DNA of 61,526 nt, filler included, from Coriobacteriales bacterium (GTDB lineage: Bacteria > Actinomycetota > Coriobacteriia > Coriobacteriales > UBA8131), in assembly GCA_031263105.1 (NCBI GenBank). It is 4 parts of 4 records of this genome, joined end to end, with 100 filler letters (N's around TTAATTAATTAA, not from the genome) between each part and the next. Parts side by side here need not be neighbours in the genome. Positions count along the whole stretch, not along the records: positions 1 to 17,161 come from JAISGJ010000090.1; positions 17,262 to 39,323 come from JAISGJ010000113.1; 2 more parts are not named here. The stretch is one strand, 5' to 3'. The translations under genes and the position numbers were made by a program. Each line of letters begins with the position of its first letter. Positions within the stretch are counted from its first letter, which is position 1. Positions 9,096 to 19,427 of this stretch are shown piece after piece. The notes under the pieces were generated by a model. That model was not told the origin of the DNA, made no database searches, and was given only the letters and a program-made list of their open reading frames with translations.

Positions 9096-10442
9096 TTATG
9101 CCTTCTCGCGCTCGTCGATGACGCGGCGCGCCTTGCCCTCGCTGCGCTCTATGGACTTGGGCTCGACGACGGTGACCTCGACGCTCACCTGCAGGTTGCT
9201 CTTGAGCTCGGCGTTGATGCGCCGCTGCAGGTCCTCGATCCTCCGTATCTCGTCGAAGTCGAACTCGGGCACGGTCTCGACCTTCAGCGTCACATGGTCG
9301 AGCGGGCCTCTGCTCGTGAGGACGATCTGGTAGTACGAGGTGACCTCGCTGAAGCCGGCAAGCACCTCCTGGAACTGGCTCGGGAACACGTTGACGCCCC
9401 GGATGATGAGCATGTCGTCGGTGCGCCCCTGGATGCGGTCCATACGGCGCAGCGTGCGCCCGCAGGCGCACTCCCCGGGGAGGATGCGCGAGATGTCGCG
9501 CGTGCGGTAGCGGATGAGCGGCGAGCACTCCTTCGAGAGCGTGGTGAAGACGACCTCGCCGTACTCCCCGTCGGGCACCGGCTCGAGCGTCTCGGGGTCG
9601 AGCACCTCGATGATGAAGTGGTCCTCCGCCACGTGCAGGCCCGTCTGGTGGCGGCACTCGCAGGAGACGCCGGGGCCCATGACCTCGGACAGCCCGTAGA
9701 TGTCGATCAGCTTGACGCCGAGCTTCTCCTCTATCTCCCTGCGCATGCCCTCGGAGCAGGGCTCGGCCCCGCAGATGGCGGCGGACACCTTGAACTCCTC
9801 GGCGGGACGATGGCCCATCTCGATCGCCGTGTCGGCGATGAGCAGCGCATACGAGGGCGTGCAGGCCAGGATGTCCACGCCGAAGTCGTGCATCATCTGC
9901 ACCTGGCGCTTCGTGTTGCCGCTGCTCATGGGCAGGATCGTCGAATGCATGCGGATGCCGCCCTCATGCGCGCCGAGGCCGCCGGTGAACAGCCCGTAGC
10001 CGTAGGCGACCTGGAGGATGGAGCGCTCGTCGCCGCCTGCCTGCGCTATGGCGCGCGCGAAGGTGTCGCCCCAGGCGTCGATGTCGTTTTGCGTGTAGCC
10101 GACGACCGTCGCGTTGCCGGTCGTCCCCGAGGAGGCATGGAGGCGCTGCACCCGTCCGTCGTCGACCGGGATGGCGAAGAGGTCGAAGGGGTAGGCGTCC
10201 CGCATGTCCTGCTTGGTGGTGAAGGGGAGCCTGCGCAGGTCGTCGAGGCCCTGTACGGCGGAGGGGCCGATCCCCGCCTCGTCGAAGGCGTTCCGATAGA
10301 ACGGGATGTCCTCGTAGCATCGGGCGACCGTCGCCTTGAGCCGCTTGAGTTGGAGCGCCTCGAGCTCGGCGCGTCCCATCTTCTCGATCTCGGGCTGGAA
10401 GTACCTCTCCGGCCCCCGTGCCGTGCCGCCTGTGTCAACCAC
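9096..10442 (-). CDS. paaK: Phenylacetate-CoA ligase family protein
   Basis: LPFTTKQD, HASSGTTG, YGYGLFTGG, YGLSEVMGPG, RYRTRD, GRTDDMLIIRGVNVFPSQ; GTG start after a purine-rich RBS. Confidence 0.92.
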   Translation of the reverse strand: MVDTGGTARGPERYFQPEIEKMGRAELEALQLKRLKATVARCYEDIPFYRNAFDEAGIGPSAVQGLDDLRRLPFTTKQDMRDAYPFDLFAIPVDDGRVQRLHASSGTTGNATVVGYTQNDIDAWGDTFARAIAQAGGDERSILQVAYGYGLFTGGLGAHEGGIRMHSTILPMSSGNTKRQVQMMHDFGVDILACTPSYALLIADTAIEMGHRPAEEFKVSAAICGAEPCSEGMRREIEEKLGVKLIDIYGLSEVMGPGVSCECRHQTGLHVAEDHFIIEVLDPETLEPVPDGEYGEVVFTTLSKECSPLIRYRTRDISRILPGECACGRTLRRMDRIQGRTDDMLIIRGVNVFPSQFQEVLAGFSEVTSYYQIVLTSRGPLDHVTLKVETVPEFDFDEIRRIEDLQRRINAELKSNLQVSVEVTVVEPKSIERSEGKARRVIDEREKA

Positions 10443-10495
10443 TGCGCCTTCTCCCTTCGTCGTCGCCTGTCGTGCCCGTCTGCTGTTGCACCCGT

Positions 10496-12535
10496 CTATT
10501 GTAACGCTGCGGCGCCCTCGTCGGAACCTTGCGTGCGTGCCTTCTCGTCGGCCGCCTCCTTGTCGGCTGCGGCCCGGTCGGTCGCCTTCTTGGCGGCCGC
10601 CTTCTTGTCGGGGGGCTCCTCCTTGGTGCCGACCTCGACGACCTCCGGCTCCGGCTCGTAGACCGACCGGAAGTCCGATTGGCGCAGGAGCTCCCCTGCG
10701 CTGTCGTAGACGTACCGCGTCACGACGATGCTGCGGCCGCGCACGCCCTCCTGTCTCACCTTCCGCTCCCCCTTGGGAAGCTCGGGGGCCTCCACCTCCT
10801 TGGTCTCGAAGTCCGTGCGGTCGGTGAAGCCGGTGTCCGTGAACTCGACCCGGTAGCCGGGGTCGGTGCCCCAGAGCGTGCAGGTCACGGTGGTGTCGGT
10901 ACAGTCCATGGTGAGGAGGATCCAGTTCTCGGTGTCGTTCTCGAACTTGAGGTCGGCCCAGCGCCACGAGACCGCGGCGTCGCGCCCCGCAGGATAGGCG
11001 ACGAGGTAGAGCGCATGGTTCGTGCGCTCGACGATGGGCAGCCCCGAGTCGAACGCCGCGTTGAAGACCGTGGTCGCGACCTGGCAGATGCCGCCGCCGA
11101 TCTCGTCGACGAAGCTGCCCTCGACGATGGACGCGGCCTCTTGGAAGCCGCGCTCCGCGTTGCACTCCCCTGCCGTGTCGTTGAAGGACCACACGCCGCC
11201 GGGCGCTATGAGCGAGTTGTCGAGCAGCTCGGAGGCGAGCCGGATGTTCGTCGCCTTCGCGCTGGACGCGGCGGTGTACTCGGTGGTATAGCTGGCGATG
11301 ACCCCGGTGATGTTCATGGCGACGGCCTGCTCGGTGGTGCGCGCGGGCGGGCGGGCCGTGGTGGCCAGCACGACGCGGCGTGCGCCCTGGGCCCCGTCCT
11401 CGGCCCCATCGGGGGAGAAGAGCAGGGCATCGAGGTCGCCGGCCGCCTTGGCGTAGTCGATTCCCGTGCCCTCCACGCCGGGAACGACCGTGACCTGTCC
11501 GTCCACGACCTCGAAGCGGGCGTCCTGGGGCGGCACCCCGCGGTCGCCCCCGCCGATGAGCGCAGGGAGGCCTGCCTCGAGCCGTTCCGTCTCGATGTGG
11601 GGGACGAGCCGCACCGCAGCGCCCGCGCCTTCGACGGAGGCGCCCGTCCAAGGGCCGAGCACGGACGCGTCGAGCTCCCAGGCGCCCTCCCCCTCCAAGG
11701 CGAGGGTGACGGGCCGTGCCAGCGCCTCCTGGGCAAAGGCTGCGACCTCGGACGCCTTCTCGTCGGTGACGGCGGGCGGGGCGACGGCCAGCGGGACCTG
11801 GAACGCGCGGTCGGCGCCCAGGAACGCGCGGTCGAGGGCCCGGACGAGGGCCGCATGGTCGCAGCGGCGGCCCTCCGTGCTCCCGACGACGACGAACGCG
11901 CCGTCCACGAACTCGATGCCTGCGTCCTCGGCGCCCCAGCCAAGGGCCGCGTCGAGCAGGCCCTCGAGGTACGCAAGCTGCGAGGGGCCGTAGTCGAGGA
12001 ACGCGGGCAGTTCGACGCCGAGGATGCCCGCCTGGAGGCGGCCGAGGACGTCCGCCCCCCTGCCGATCCCGTAGGCGGCCTGGACAAGCGCGTCGGCGTC
12101 TGTCGTCGCGCCGACGGTCAGGGGGCCTATCTGCCAGGAGTGGGGCGGGGCGGGGGTGTCGCCCTCGGCGGGGGCGGGGGCACCGCCGGCGGGGGCAGGG
12201 GCGGCGGTCAGGTCGAGCGTTCGGGGGCCTGCGCCCTCGTGCGCCGCCTGCTCGTCGGCGAACAGGACGACAGGCTCCGAGCCGATGAGCGCGCCGAGCG
12301 CGTCCTTGAGCAGCACGGCGGCCTCCTCGCGCGTCATCCCGCCGACCGCGACCCCCTGCACGGTGACCCCCCTGTGCACCCTATTGAAGTTGAGCACCAC
12401 ATCGAAGGCGAGGCCGACGAGCGCCACGGCAAGCACCGTCGCCGCGACGAGCAGGACGATGCGCCTGGCAGGGGCGCGCGGAGGCCGTCTCGGCGCGGGG
12501 CGCGACACGGCCGTTCGCGGGGCTCTGGCGGGCAT
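10496..12535 (-). CDS. VanW family membrane-anchored protein with peptidoglycan-binding and G5-like domains
   Basis: N-terminal TM; WSFNDTAG, GGGICQVATTVFNAA, ERTNH, GRDAAV, DLKFEND; C-terminal ELPKGE..VRQEG. Confidence 0.88.
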   Translation of the reverse strand: MPARAPRTAVSRPAPRRPPRAPARRIVLLVAATVLAVALVGLAFDVVLNFNRVHRGVTVQGVAVGGMTREEAAVLLKDALGALIGSEPVVLFADEQAAHEGAGPRTLDLTAAPAPAGGAPAPAEGDTPAPPHSWQIGPLTVGATTDADALVQAAYGIGRGADVLGRLQAGILGVELPAFLDYGPSQLAYLEGLLDAALGWGAEDAGIEFVDGAFVVVGSTEGRRCDHAALVRALDRAFLGADRAFQVPLAVAPPAVTDEKASEVAAFAQEALARPVTLALEGEGAWELDASVLGPWTGASVEGAGAAVRLVPHIETERLEAGLPALIGGGDRGVPPQDARFEVVDGQVTVVPGVEGTGIDYAKAAGDLDALLFSPDGAEDGAQGARRVVLATTARPPARTTEQAVAMNITGVIASYTTEYTAASSAKATNIRLASELLDNSLIAPGGVWSFNDTAGECNAERGFQEAASIVEGSFVDEIGGGICQVATTVFNAAFDSGLPIVERTNHALYLVAYPAGRDAAVSWRWADLKFENDTENWILLTMDCTDTTVTCTLWGTDPGYRVEFTDTGFTDRTDFETKEVEAPELPKGERKVRQEGVRGRSIVVTRYVYDSAGELLRQSDFRSVYEPEPEVVEVGTKEEPPDKKAAAKKATDRAAADKEAADEKARTQGSDEGAAALQ

Positions 12536-12538
12536 CCG

Positions 12539-13222
12539 TCACCCACTCCCCTCGCGCTTCTCCTGCACCGCCCTGCCGGGACGCAGGCCCCGCCACAGAT
12601 AGACGGCGGCGGCCACGAGGGAGGCGACCACGCCCGCATAGAGCAGCCAGGTGCCGAGCGGCGCAGCGTCGGCGCCCCAGCCCGGAAGGCAGGAGGCCTC
12701 GACGACGCGGGCGCCCGGCAGCACCGGCCACCAGAGGACAAGGGAGCAGTAGCCCGCCATGACGAGGGCGGTCGTGAGCTTCCCGACGAACACCACCTCG
12801 AAGTCGCGGTCGAAGCGGCGCTTCTGGTAGACGGTGAGCGCCAGCATGCAGGCATCGCGCCCGACGAGCACGAGGAGCATCCAGAGCGGCACCCGTCCCG
12901 CAGCGAAGATGGCGACGATGCCCACGAGTATGAACACGCGGTCCACGAAGGGGTCGAGCGTCTGGCCGAGCCTTGAGACGGTATGGGTCGCGCGGGCGAC
13001 GAAGCCGTCGACGAGGTCCGTGAGGGCGGCCACGAGTATCACGACGAACGCCAGGACGTTGTTGTTGTAGCAGACGAGCAGCACGAAGAACACCGGGATG
13101 AGGAGGAGCCGTACAAGCGACAGGAGGTTTGCTGCGGTGAGTATCCGGTCGGTGGCCTTCTCCTGCACGAACGCCCTTCCCGAACCCTGTGACGACCCCG
13201 TACCGTCTCCCCGTGCAAACAC
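12539..13222 (-). CDS. CDP-alcohol phosphatidyltransferase
   Basis: ANLLSLVRL, TDLVDGFVAR...SRLGQTLDPFVDR signature. Confidence 0.92.
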   Translation of the reverse strand: MFARGDGTGSSQGSGRAFVQEKATDRILTAANLLSLVRLLLIPVFFVLLVCYNNNVLAFVVILVAALTDLVDGFVARATHTVSRLGQTLDPFVDRVFILVGIVAIFAAGRVPLWMLLVLVGRDACMLALTVYQKRRFDRDFEVVFVGKLTTALVMAGYCSLVLWWPVLPGARVVEASCLPGWGADAAPLGTWLLYAGVVASLVAAAVYLWRGLRPGRAVQEKREGSG

Positions 13223-13226
13223 GTAC

Positions 13227-14282
13227 CTAACCTACCGCTATCTCGGATCCGACGCCCAGGACCTCGAACCAGGTCTTTCCCGGCGCGAGCTTGAGCGCGT
13301 TGCCGTTCGCGTCCATGAAGCGCGGCGGGGTCTTCCCGTCGCTTGCCCAGGTCCCGTCGACGCGCTTGCCCTCGAAGAACAGGGACGCCGCCCCTCCGCT
13401 GTTCATGTCGACGCCGAGGGTGGCGCCGTCCAGGACGGGCACATACGTGGCCCAGAGCACGACGACGTTGGCGGACGACACCTGCTGGTCCGTCCCCGCG
13501 TCCACCGTGGGGCCGTTCATGGAGCGGTAGTACAGCTTGTCGTCGGCGTTGTACGCCCACTGTGCCACATAGGCGTCGCTGAAGGGCACCGTGATGCCCG
13601 GCGCGTCCGACATGCCGTCGGTCTTGGAGGGGCCGAACTCGAGGGACGGGGGGGTCTCGACGGTGGCAGCGAGGCCTATCTGCGGGGCCAGCTCGTAGGC
13701 GCGCGCAAGGTCGAGGTAGAGGTTGTGCGGCATCGCGCGGTAGTCCACGCGGTGGTACAGGTCCGATGCCTTGTTGTGCGACATGTCCGCCAGGCCTGCG
13801 GCGGCGACCTCCCCGAGCACGACGTCGTTCGCACCGCTCATGAAGAACAGGGCGTCGTACTGCGGGACGAGGGTGACGTCCGAGTTGCGCCCGCTGCGCA
13901 CCGGGCCGACCTCTGCGGGGACGGTGCTTTGGAAGATGCAGTTGAAGCGCGTGATGCCGCCCTCCGTGATCGTCTCATAGACGACGTCCGCACTGCCGAT
14001 CCCGAGCTGGGGACGGGCCTCCGGCGAGTTCTCCAGCTTGACGGAGAGCGGGCGCCTGAGCGCCGCGTCCTTGTCGTCCAAGGGCAGGCCCGTCAACGGG
14101 TAGACCTCGGGGGCGGGAGGAGGGGCGGGGGCCTCCTTGACGACCGAGGGCTTCGGCGCCTCCGCCTGCGGCTCCTCGACCTCCTTCTTGCTGCAGCTGG
14201 ACGCCACCAGGGCCACGACGACGGCCAGCACCGCCACCGCCGCGACGATGCCCGCTATCAGTATCAACTTCTTCCTGCTCAT
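13227..14282 (-). CDS. DUF3048 (YerB-like) putative lipoprotein
   Basis: YPLTG, RPLSVKLEN, ARPQLGI..ADVVYE..TEGGITR, VGPVRSGR, PHNLY, GKTWFE. Confidence 0.85.
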   Translation of the reverse strand: MSRKKLILIAGIVAAVAVLAVVVALVASSCSKKEVEEPQAEAPKPSVVKEAPAPPPAPEVYPLTGLPLDDKDAALRRPLSVKLENSPEARPQLGIGSADVVYETITEGGITRFNCIFQSTVPAEVGPVRSGRNSDVTLVPQYDALFFMSGANDVVLGEVAAAGLADMSHNKASDLYHRVDYRAMPHNLYLDLARAYELAPQIGLAATVETPPSLEFGPSKTDGMSDAPGITVPFSDAYVAQWAYNADDKLYYRSMNGPTVDAGTDQQVSSANVVVLWATYVPVLDGATLGVDMNSGGAASLFFEGKRVDGTWASDGKTPPRFMDANGNALKLAPGKTWFEVLGVGSEIAVG

Positions 14283-14396
14283 TTTGCATCCAATCTTCCA
14301 AGGAGACGCCGGTCCGAGCGGGCGCCTGCGGCGGCAGGGGCCGCCGACATCCTCCCAAGGAGCGTCCCTCGTAGGTGTCCATAGGCTTCTATTGTA

Positions 14397-16247
14397 TTAC
14401 ATCTTCACGTACAACGATGTCATGAACACGCCGTTGGCGACCTCGTATTTGAGCGCGCCGCCGTAACGCTCGACCACCGCACGGACCGAGGATATGCCGA
14501 TGCCCTTCCCCTGGCGCTTGCGGGAGTAGAACTCGCCGCCCCGCTCGGTGTAGGTCCCGTCGAAGCTGTTGTCTATCACGATGGCCAGGCGCCTCTTCGC
14601 CACCTTGCTGGTCATGCGGATGAAGCGCCTGTCTTCGTCGACGTACAGGCAGGCCTCGATGGCGTTCTCGAGGAGGTTGCCGACGATGATGCTCATGTCG
14701 TTGTCGGGGACCTGCCCCAGGTCCTCGGGGACCACGAGCCGCAGGTCGGCCTGGATATGGTTCCTGGCAGCCATGTCGAGGTAATGGACCGCCACGGCGT
14801 TCACCGCGAAGTTGTCGCACAGCAGCTTGTCGGCTATCTCGGGGATGCCGCCGCTTATCGAATCGACGTAGCCGAGCGCCCCGTCCACGTCGTCCTTCTG
14901 GAGGTACCCGCGTATGGCGCCCAGCTGGTGGCGCAGATCGTGCCTGAGTGCGCGCACCTGCTCGGTCGACTGGTTGAGCTTCTGATAGAGGTTGCGCTGC
15001 ATGTCCAGGCTGTTGTTCATGGTCTCGACCTCGTGCGCGAGCTGGGCGCTGCGCTCCGCCTCGTCTATGGTCTCGCGCAGATAGCCCCAGCCGAGGTAGG
15101 TCGTCCAGACCGCGAACACCAAGATGCCTATCTCGAAGAACATGCTCTCCGGCCCCATGAAGGGGAAGAAGCGGTCCACGATGCTCGCCACGGCGCAGAC
15201 CGTCAGGATGCCGGTGGGCACCCACAGCCTGCGCGCCTGGGGGTTGCGATGCGCGACAAGCTCGTAGACGACGGACAGGCCGAAGAGGATGACGGCCACG
15301 AACGGAAGGAAGCGCAGGTAGACCAAGCTGTCCCGGAAGGGATAGAGCCCGACGAGATGGAGGAGGAGCGCAAACAGGAAGACGATGCGCATGACGTTGT
15401 GGAGGACGGCCAGCGGCATGCGGGGCCGGGGGTCGAGCATCGCCATGCCATAGCGCAGGAAGGGCAGGGCGAAGTACAGCAGCCCCATGACCGAGCCGAC
15501 GTAGAGCAGGTTCGGCACCGGGATGAGGTAGACCGTCAGGTCGTTGCCGCAAAAGCCCCAAAGTCCCGCGACGAGGCAGGCCAGGCCGAGCCACGGGAGC
15601 GGGCCGGCGGCCGGCAGGCGCGGCAGGATCAGGAGCGTGACGGCCGCAAGGACGATGCCGCCGAGCATGAGCAGGAGGCTCAGTCCGAAAAGGGGGCCGT
15701 TCTGGGAGAGCAGGTGCATGAACAGCACCTGGGTGTCCCCCAGATAGAAGGCAGGCAGCTCGAGGCTCTCAAGGGAGGCAGGCACCGTGTACTCGAGCCT
15801 GATCTCCTTGCCGCCGGACTCGCTGGGCAGGGCGACCGTGAGCAGGTTGGGCGGCGGCGCCCCCTGAAAGCCGGGGAAGGTGCCGGGGTCGCCGTCCGAG
15901 CCGTACAGGGCCCCGTCCACGTACAGCCGCAGGGGGGCGCCCTCGGTCTTGACCATCAGGCTGTCGTGGGTCTCCGTCCTGACGGAGGCGATGAGGGTCA
16001 GCCGCTCGCCGGGCCCGAGGTCCTCGACGGTGAGGGGGAGGACGGCCTCGGCCTCGGTCCTGCTCCCGTCCGTCCCGGTGCGCTGCATCGTGACGGCGTC
16101 TATGACGCGCAGCTCGTTCCAGTGGTAGACGAGGTTGTACCTCTCGGCGAGCGCCGAGCCGACGAGCAGGGCGACGAGAAGGAGCAGCACAACGGCATAG
16201 ACGACCCTGGAGGCGACCAGGAAGCGCTTGAGCTGCTCAGGGCTCAT
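14397..16247 (-). CDS. Multi-TM sensor histidine kinase (GHKL, LytTR-partner type)
   Basis: About 7 TM helices; LRHDLRHQL H-box, GNLLENAIEAC N-box, GIGISSV G-box. Confidence 0.92.
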   Translation of the reverse strand: MSPEQLKRFLVASRVVYAVVLLLLVALLVGSALAERYNLVYHWNELRVIDAVTMQRTGTDGSRTEAEAVLPLTVEDLGPGERLTLIASVRTETHDSLMVKTEGAPLRLYVDGALYGSDGDPGTFPGFQGAPPPNLLTVALPSESGGKEIRLEYTVPASLESLELPAFYLGDTQVLFMHLLSQNGPLFGLSLLLMLGGIVLAAVTLLILPRLPAAGPLPWLGLACLVAGLWGFCGNDLTVYLIPVPNLLYVGSVMGLLYFALPFLRYGMAMLDPRPRMPLAVLHNVMRIVFLFALLLHLVGLYPFRDSLVYLRFLPFVAVILFGLSVVYELVAHRNPQARRLWVPTGILTVCAVASIVDRFFPFMGPESMFFEIGILVFAVWTTYLGWGYLRETIDEAERSAQLAHEVETMNNSLDMQRNLYQKLNQSTEQVRALRHDLRHQLGAIRGYLQKDDVDGALGYVDSISGGIPEIADKLLCDNFAVNAVAVHYLDMAARNHIQADLRLVVPEDLGQVPDNDMSIIVGNLLENAIEACLYVDEDRRFIRMTSKVAKRRLAIVIDNSFDGTYTERGGEFYSRKRQGKGIGISSVRAVVERYGGALKYEVANGVFMTSLYVKM

Positions 16248-16978
16248 TCATCACCTCGGGCGATGCTGAACAGGTAGTCGTCATAGGCGTGCTTGACCTT
16301 CCGGTGGTGCTTCACCGCGACATAGGCGACGTCCCCGTTGTCCATGATGAAGTCCTGCTCGAGGTCGTCCACATGGTCGAGGTTGACGATGAACGAGCGG
16401 TGCGAGCGCAAGAAGCGCGGCGGCGGCAACAGCTTCTCGAGCGCGTCTATCGTCATGGTGGTCGCGTAGCTCTCCTCTGCGGTATAGATGAGCGACCTGC
16501 GGTTGCTCGACTCCACGTAGAGGATGTCGTTCAAGGGGATGACGACGGGGACGTTGTTGGTGACGATGGCGATGGTCGCCCCCTGCGCCTTGTCGCGCTT
16601 GAGCACGGCGAGCTCGAGGGCGTCGACGACGTCCTCCTTGACCACGGGCTTGAGCAGGTACTTGTACGCGTTCAGACGGTAGCCCTCACGCGTGAAGTCG
16701 TCGCTGGTGGTCGTGAACACGATGACGACCTGCGTGTCGATGTCGCGGATGCGCTCGGCCGTCTGGACGCCGGTGAGCTCGCCCATGTAGACGTCGAGGA
16801 AGATGAGGTCGTACTTCTCCTTCGCGAAGCCCTCCAAGAAGGCCTCGCCCGTGGTGAACCTCTCCACGGCGTTGGGAACCCCGCTCATGTCGATGAGCGC
16901 GGTGAGCAGGTCGGCCTCGAAGGTGGTGTCCTCGCAAAGCGCTATTCTGAGCCTGGGGTCCCTCGTGCTGGCAGCCAT
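16244..16978 (-). CDS. LytTR family response regulator
   Basis: IALCED, DLIFLDVYM, YLLKP receiver; DILYVES, FLRSHRSFIVNL LytTR domain. Confidence 0.94.
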   Translation of the reverse strand: MAASTRDPRLRIALCEDTTFEADLLTALIDMSGVPNAVERFTTGEAFLEGFAKEKYDLIFLDVYMGELTGVQTAERIRDIDTQVVIVFTTTSDDFTREGYRLNAYKYLLKPVVKEDVVDALELAVLKRDKAQGATIAIVTNNVPVVIPLNDILYVESSNRRSLIYTAEESYATTMTIDALEKLLPPPRFLRSHRSFIVNLDHVDDLEQDFIMDNGDVAYVAVKHHRKVKHAYDDYLFSIARGDE

Positions 16979-17161
16979 CGTCCTCCCTGGTTCTCCGATG
17001 TCGCTTTCTGCAAAGGTGCTGAGCGGCGGTGCGCCCAAGAAGGCGGCTCACAGCCCCTCCCGCCCGGCCCGTCGCCTGACAGAAGGCCTGTTCAGTATAT
17101 CATTTGTTACGATTGTTGATCGAGGGCGGGGGGTGGCTCTGCTTCGGGGGCGGGGGCGTCC

Positions 17162-17261
17162 NNNNNNNNNNNNNNNNNNNNNNNNNNNNNNNNNNNNNNN
17201 NNNNNTTAATTAATTAANNNNNNNNNNNNNNNNNNNNNNNNNNNNNNNNNNNNNNNNNNNN
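17162..17261. other. Artificial contig spacer (N run with TTAATTAATTAA)
   Basis: Identical 100-nt spacer at three places. Confidence 0.97.
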
Positions 17262-17387
17262 AGGCGCGTCCGGCGCCGGGGGGAGGGGGGGGGGGGGGGC
17301 ATGGGGGCAATCCCATTGTCTATTGCTTTATAACAGTCTCCGTTTTTCCAAAAAACACCTTCTTTGTTATTTGGACGGGAGGTTGTT

Positions 17388-18335
17388 ATGGGTATGGGAG
17401 TTCTTTATGGCGAATGGCTTGTCACGTGGCTTGAGGAGCATCAGCGCTTTGCAAAGGAGACCACGCACTCGACGTACTCTATGGCCGTTATCAACCACAT
17501 CATCCCGATGCTCGGGAGCTTTGCCCTCGCGGACATCACCGAGCAGCGGGTCCAGGAGATGGCCTTGCACTGGTTGGAGGCGGGCCGGTGTGACGGTGGC
17601 GGCGGGCTCTCCAGAAAGACCGTCCACGACATTCTCGCCATTGTGAAGCTGAGCATGAAGGCGGCACAGAAGCGCTACGATATCCCCGTCACTCCCATGG
17701 AGATACGGCTTCCACAGCAGGAGTCGGTCAAGCGAACCGAGGTGTTCGCGCCCTCGGAGCTCCAAGGGATCGTCGGGGCTGCCATGGCGCGACTGCACAG
17801 CAAGAGCATGGGGATCCTCCTCGCGCTTTACACGGGCCTGCGCATCGGCGAGCTGTGTGCGCTGCAGTGGCGGGACGTCGATCTCGTGCGCGGCACGCTG
17901 ACGGTCACCAAGACCATACAGCGCATCTACAAGAAAGAGCTCAAGGGGAGCGTCACGTCGAAAATGGTGATCACGCCCCCAAAGACGCGCTCGTCGGTAC
18001 GGGAGGTCCCGCTGGCCTCGACCATTGCGCCGCTCCTTCATGGCTTCACACAGACGAACGACTGCTATCTGATAACGGGAAGCCCGTCCTTCCTTGAGCC
18101 TCGGAGCTACCGTGCGTATTATGGGCGCTTCCTGAGAAGAGCAGGCATCGCCCATAGCAGCTTCCACAAGCTGCGCCATACCTTTGCGACGCAGCTGATC
18201 GAGGGCGGCGCCGACGTGAAAACGGTCAGCGACCTGCTGGGCCATGCCTCGGTGAAGACGACGCTCGACCTCTACGTGCATCCCCAGCTTGAGCAGAAGC
18301 GGAAATGCGTCGAGATGATACCCTCGTTCACCTAA
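17388..18335 (+). CDS. Tyrosine recombinase / site-specific integrase
   Basis: GGAGG RBS; SAM-like N-terminus; [40 protein letters not shown] with catalytic residues intact. Confidence 0.93.
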   Translation: MGMGVLYGEWLVTWLEEHQRFAKETTHSTYSMAVINHIIPMLGSFALADITEQRVQEMALHWLEAGRCDGGGGLSRKTVHDILAIVKLSMKAAQKRYDIPVTPMEIRLPQQESVKRTEVFAPSELQGIVGAAMARLHSKSMGILLALYTGLRIGELCALQWRDVDLVRGTLTVTKTIQRIYKKELKGSVTSKMVITPPKTRSSVREVPLASTIAPLLHGFTQTNDCYLITGSPSFLEPRSYRAYYGRFLRRAGIAHSSFHKLRHTFATQLIEGGADVKTVSDLLGHASVKTTLDLYVHPQLEQKRKCVEMIPSFT

Positions 18336-18386
18336 CCCGGCTGCCCGGCCGCCGCAATCGCCCCAGCGTGCGCGTGTGCCCCGCCC

Positions 18387-18413
18387 GTAGGGGGCGGCGT
18401 CCCCGACGCCCCG
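18387..18413 (+). repeat. GTAG-tagged REP-like hairpin
   Basis: GTAG followed by GGGGCGGCGTCCCCGACGCCCC (GGCGTC/GACGCC stem) between convergent genes. Confidence 0.5.
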
Positions 18414-18446
18414 CCCCAAGCGTCCCAGCCGCCCTAAGCGCCCCGG

Positions 18447-19427
18447 CTACTTCAGCTTCTTGAGGAGGTCCGAGGCGCCCTCTATGTTGTTGAAGCCCTC
18501 GCTGAAGGCGCTGGGGGCGATGACGAGGCCGCCTTTCTCCCTCACGCTCTCGTAGATGAGGTTCATCGTCCGCAGCTGCATGGCGCGGTCGTTGCGGTCG
18601 TAGACCTCGGCGGCCTCGACGAACATCTCGGAGATGTCCTTCTCGACCTCTGCAAGGATGATGCGTGCGTTGCGCTCCCGCTCGGCCTGGGCCTCCTTGG
18701 ACATGGCGTTCTGCAGCTCGTTGGGGATGATGATGTCGCGTATCTCGACGGAAGAGACCGTGATGCCCCACGGCTCGGTCTTCTCCCCCAGTATCTCTTG
18801 GAGTTGTGCATCGATCTGCTTGCGGCGCGTGGCCAGCTCGGCCAGGTTCACGCGCCCGATGGCATCGCGCAGCGCCGTCTGGGCGCTCCATGCGACCGCC
18901 TTGGGATAGTTCTCGACCTCGACGCAGGCCCGTTTCGCGTCCCAGACCATCCAGAACAGCACGGCGTCCACGTCGACCGAGACGAGGTCGGCGGTAAGCG
19001 CCTCCTCCGCGACGAAGGGCGTGGCGATGATGCGCTGGTCGATGCACAGCGTCACGTGCTCGATGACGGGCACCACGAGGAACAGGCCCGGCCCGGCGAC
19101 ACGGCTGAAGCGGCCGAGGCGCAACACGATCGCCTTCTCCCACTGCTGGACGATGCGAATCATCGACGCAAACAGCAGGGCGACCACGGCAGCGCCGATA
19201 ATGGTCCAAGCCGTGAGCGCCTTTGTGAGGTAACAGGCCGCGACGATGCCGGCGAAGACGATGAGGAACAGCACGGCAGCGAAGAAATAGACGCCGTTGC
19301 GAGAGGAGCGGTTGCCCCGCACCCCCGAGGAGTCCCTGCTGACGCCTGGCTTCTCCTGTGACAGGCCCTTTTTGCCTTTCCTATCCGGCACGGCGCCTGC
19401 TCTTCCTCGCGGCCTCCTGGCCCGCAC
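18447..19427 (-). CDS. SPFH/stomatin (slipin) family membrane protein; start uncertain (possibly about 19364)
   Basis: IRIVQQWEKAIVLRLG, GPGLFLVVP, AQTALRDAIG, WGITVSSVEIRD, QAERERNARI. Confidence 0.9.
   Translation of the reverse strand: MRARRPRGRAGAVPDRKGKKGLSQEKPGVSRDSSGVRGNRSSRNGVYFFAAVLFLIVFAGIVAACYLTKALTAWTIIGAAVVALLFASMIRIVQQWEKAIVLRLGRFSRVAGPGLFLVVPVIEHVTLCIDQRIIATPFVAEEALTADLVSVDVDAVLFWMVWDAKRACVEVENYPKAVAWSAQTALRDAIGRVNLAELATRRKQIDAQLQEILGEKTEPWGITVSSVEIRDIIIPNELQNAMSKEAQAERERNARIILAEVEKDISEMFVEAAEVYDRNDRAMQLRTMNLIYESVREKGGLVIAPSAFSEGFNNIEGASDLLKKLK

Noticed and set aside
10496..12535. VanW as vancomycin resistance
   Set aside because: No van ligase cluster; VanW-domain proteins are common envelope proteins
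17162..17261. TTAATTAATTAA palindrome as a biological site, and synteny across gaps
   Set aside because: Identical artificial spacer at all three gaps
17278..17299. Poly-G tract upstream of the integrase (and poly-C at 6978-6992) as phase-variation tracts
   Set aside because: Poly-G is at a contig end where artefacts are common; poly-C lies after a stop codon; no read data to test
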